A stretch of 64,000 nucleotides of DNA from Pyrodictiaceae archaeon (GTDB lineage: Archaea; Thermoproteota; Thermoprotei_A; Sulfolobales; WAQK01), in NCBI GenBank assembly GCA_015520265.1, contig WAQK01000025.1:9901-73900 (forward strand). The letters run 5' to 3'. Each line of letters begins with the position of its first letter. The first letter of the stretch is position 1. Shown one piece after another: positions 62,826-64,000 of the stretch. Made by a program: the position numbers and the translations under genes. Below the pieces are notes generated by a model. The model worked only from the letters and a program-made list of their open reading frames with translations. It did not search any database and was not told the DNA's origin.

Positions 62826-63356
62826 ATGGAGACAATGGTGTACGATGTAAGATACTGCGAGCTCTGCGGCGCCCTCATACGGGGGTCAGCCCACAGGGTC
62901 ACAGTTGAAGGGGTCTCCATGATGGTCTGCGGACGATGCTACTCTAGACTAGCGTCGCGCAGGGCTAGAGAGCCGCCCAGGCCTCAGAGACCCCCGGCGC
63001 CCCCCAGAAGAGTTTCCCGGCCAGCGCCCCGGCCAAAGCCTAGGAAGGACACGCTATACGACAGATATGAGGTCGTGGAGGACTATGCTGAAAGGATAAG
63101 GAGAGCGAGACTAAGACTCGGGTGGAGCCAGGCGGCGCTGGCACAAAGGGTGGGTGAGGGTGAGAACGTGATTAAACGTATAGAAGCCGGGCGTCTAGTG
63201 CCACCCATAGAGCTGGCCAGGAGGCTTGAGAAGGTCCTGAAGATCAGGCTACTAGAACCTGTTGTCGAGGAGGTTTTCCCTGCATCCACCCGTGGCGCCG
63301 AGGATTACACTTTGACCCTCGGAGACATTGTCAGGATAAGGGGGGAGGATGAATAG
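62826..63356 (+). CDS. mbf1: Archaeal multiprotein bridging factor 1 (zinc ribbon + XRE HTH)
   Basis: CELCG..CGRC ribbon, then GWSQAALAQRVGEGENVIKRIEAGRLVP HTH. Confidence 0.8.
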   Translation: METMVYDVRYCELCGALIRGSAHRVTVEGVSMMVCGRCYSRLASRRAREPPRPQRPPAPPRRVSRPAPRPKPRKDTLYDRYEVVEDYAERIRRARLRLGWSQAALAQRVGEGENVIKRIEAGRLVPPIELARRLEKVLKIRLLEPVVEEVFPASTRGAEDYTLTLGDIVRIRGEDE

Positions 63357-63360
63357 GTTC

Positions 63361-64000
63361 ATGAGACGTGAAGCCATACTGGTTCTCCCCCGGAGGATGT
63401 ATGACCCGGACGAGGCGATAGGACTCGTCCGCACAGCCCTTTACGAACCAATAGAGATAGTGAGAGTAAGGGGGCGGACCACACCCTACTACATCGGGCG
63501 AGGTAAGCTTGAGGAGCTCAGAAGCCTTGTAGACGGTAAGGTGGGCGACCTCACGCTCATAGTGTTTGACGACCTAAAGCCTAGGGAGTCCTACGGCATT
63601 TCGAAGACCCTTGGGATAAGGGTCATAGACCGCGTCCAGCTGATACTAGAGATCTTCGCCTTACACGCAGGGTCCCAGGAGGCCAAGCTACAGATAGAAC
63701 TGGCCAGAATGAAGTACGAGCTACCCCTGGTACGCGAATTGGTGCGGAGAAGCAAGATGGGCGAGCTGCCAGGCTTCCTGGGACCTGGGCGTTACGCTAT
63801 AGACGAGTACTACAGGCTTATGCGCCGCAGGATAGTAGCCATATCCAGGAAGTTGGAGGAACTTAGGGAGAGGAGAAGAAGGGAAAGACTTTCAAGGCGG
63901 AGAACGCGGCTACCCCACGTGGCCATCGCCGGATATACGAACGCCGGGAAAACAACCCTTTTCAACAAGATCACGCTGGAGTCGAAACCCACAGGTGACA
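63361..64000 (+). CDS. hflX: GTPase HflX (3' end outside the window)
   Basis: Hand translation from ATG 63361: HflX N-domain ..RVQLILEIFALHAGSQEAKLQIELARMKYELP.. then G1 GYTNAGKTTLFN. Absent from the ORF track because no stop lies in the window. Confidence 0.85.
   Translation, partial: MRREAILVLPRRMYDPDEAIGLVRTALYEPIEIVRVRGRTTPYYIGRGKLEELRSLVDGKVGDLTLIVFDDLKPRESYGISKTLGIRVIDRVQLILEIFALHAGSQEAKLQIELARMKYELPLVRELVRRSKMGELPGFLGPGRYAIDEYYRLMRRRIVAISRKLEELRERRRRERLSRRRTRLPHVAIAGYTNAGKTTLFNKITLESKPTGD

Overview
Gene-dense 64-kb window (roughly 90% coding) from an archaeal chromosome. By inference it is a hyperthermophilic crenarchaeote/TACK-type organism: topoisomerase VI, PAN, RtcB, a tRNA-splicing endonuclease subunit, intron-containing tRNAs with encoded CCA, Elf1/eL38/NAC/MBF1/Sm-like proteins, and AGG/AGA/ATA-rich codon use. 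I cannot name the species from sequence alone.

Main blocks:
- (a) 1-5.0 kb: an SF2 helicase translationally coupled to an Endo-IV-like TIM-barrel protein, a circularly permuted GTPase, and small hypotheticals.
- (b) 5.1-6.9 kb: the only decayed or non-coding stretch. It holds a multiply disrupted secreted-protein pseudogene, a ~265-bp tract that is ~91% G+T on the top strand, and a cluster of GTTAAC palindromes.
- (c) 6.9-23.4 kb: a respiratory island. It contains a tetraheme cytochrome c / 4-cluster FeS / NrfD module, tatA-tatC, a polyferredoxin, fdhE, a Tat-dependent formate-dehydrogenase-N-like alpha-beta-gamma operon (1218-aa Cys-type alpha) and fdhD.
- (d) 23.4-32.8 kb: a three-subunit flavoprotein dehydrogenase, deoC, top6A/top6B, deoxyhypusine synthase, a class II aldolase and an RlmI-like methyltransferase.
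- (e) 32.9-37.2 kb: a type IV pilus-like locus (pilin, secretion ATPase carrying a 262-aa intein, FlaJ/TadC-like platform).
- (f) 37-54 kb: housekeeping and RNA genes, including rtcB, hisS, endA subunit, an MtnA/eIF2B-like isomerase, rpl38e, beta-CASP nuclease, NAC, ahcY, rpiA, Elf1, GGGP synthase, Sec61beta, a 4-subunit 2-oxoacid:ferredoxin oxidoreductase, and three intron-containing tRNAs.
- (g) 55.1-55.7 kb: a 640-bp gap between convergent genes with ORB-like repeats around an AT-rich core, a candidate replication origin with no orc1/cdc6 gene in the window.
- (h) 55.7-64 kb: an RNA/proteostasis cluster (tiaS, tsr3, RNase P RNA immediately upstream of an Sm-like gene, tgtA, PAC2-like protein, PUA protein, PAN, MBF1, hflX).

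Three candidate C/D-box sRNAs were found by eye in intergenic gaps. No CRISPR array, rRNA, transposase or integrase was recognised.

All calls rest on reading translated ORFs, motifs and sequence by eye. No database search was run.
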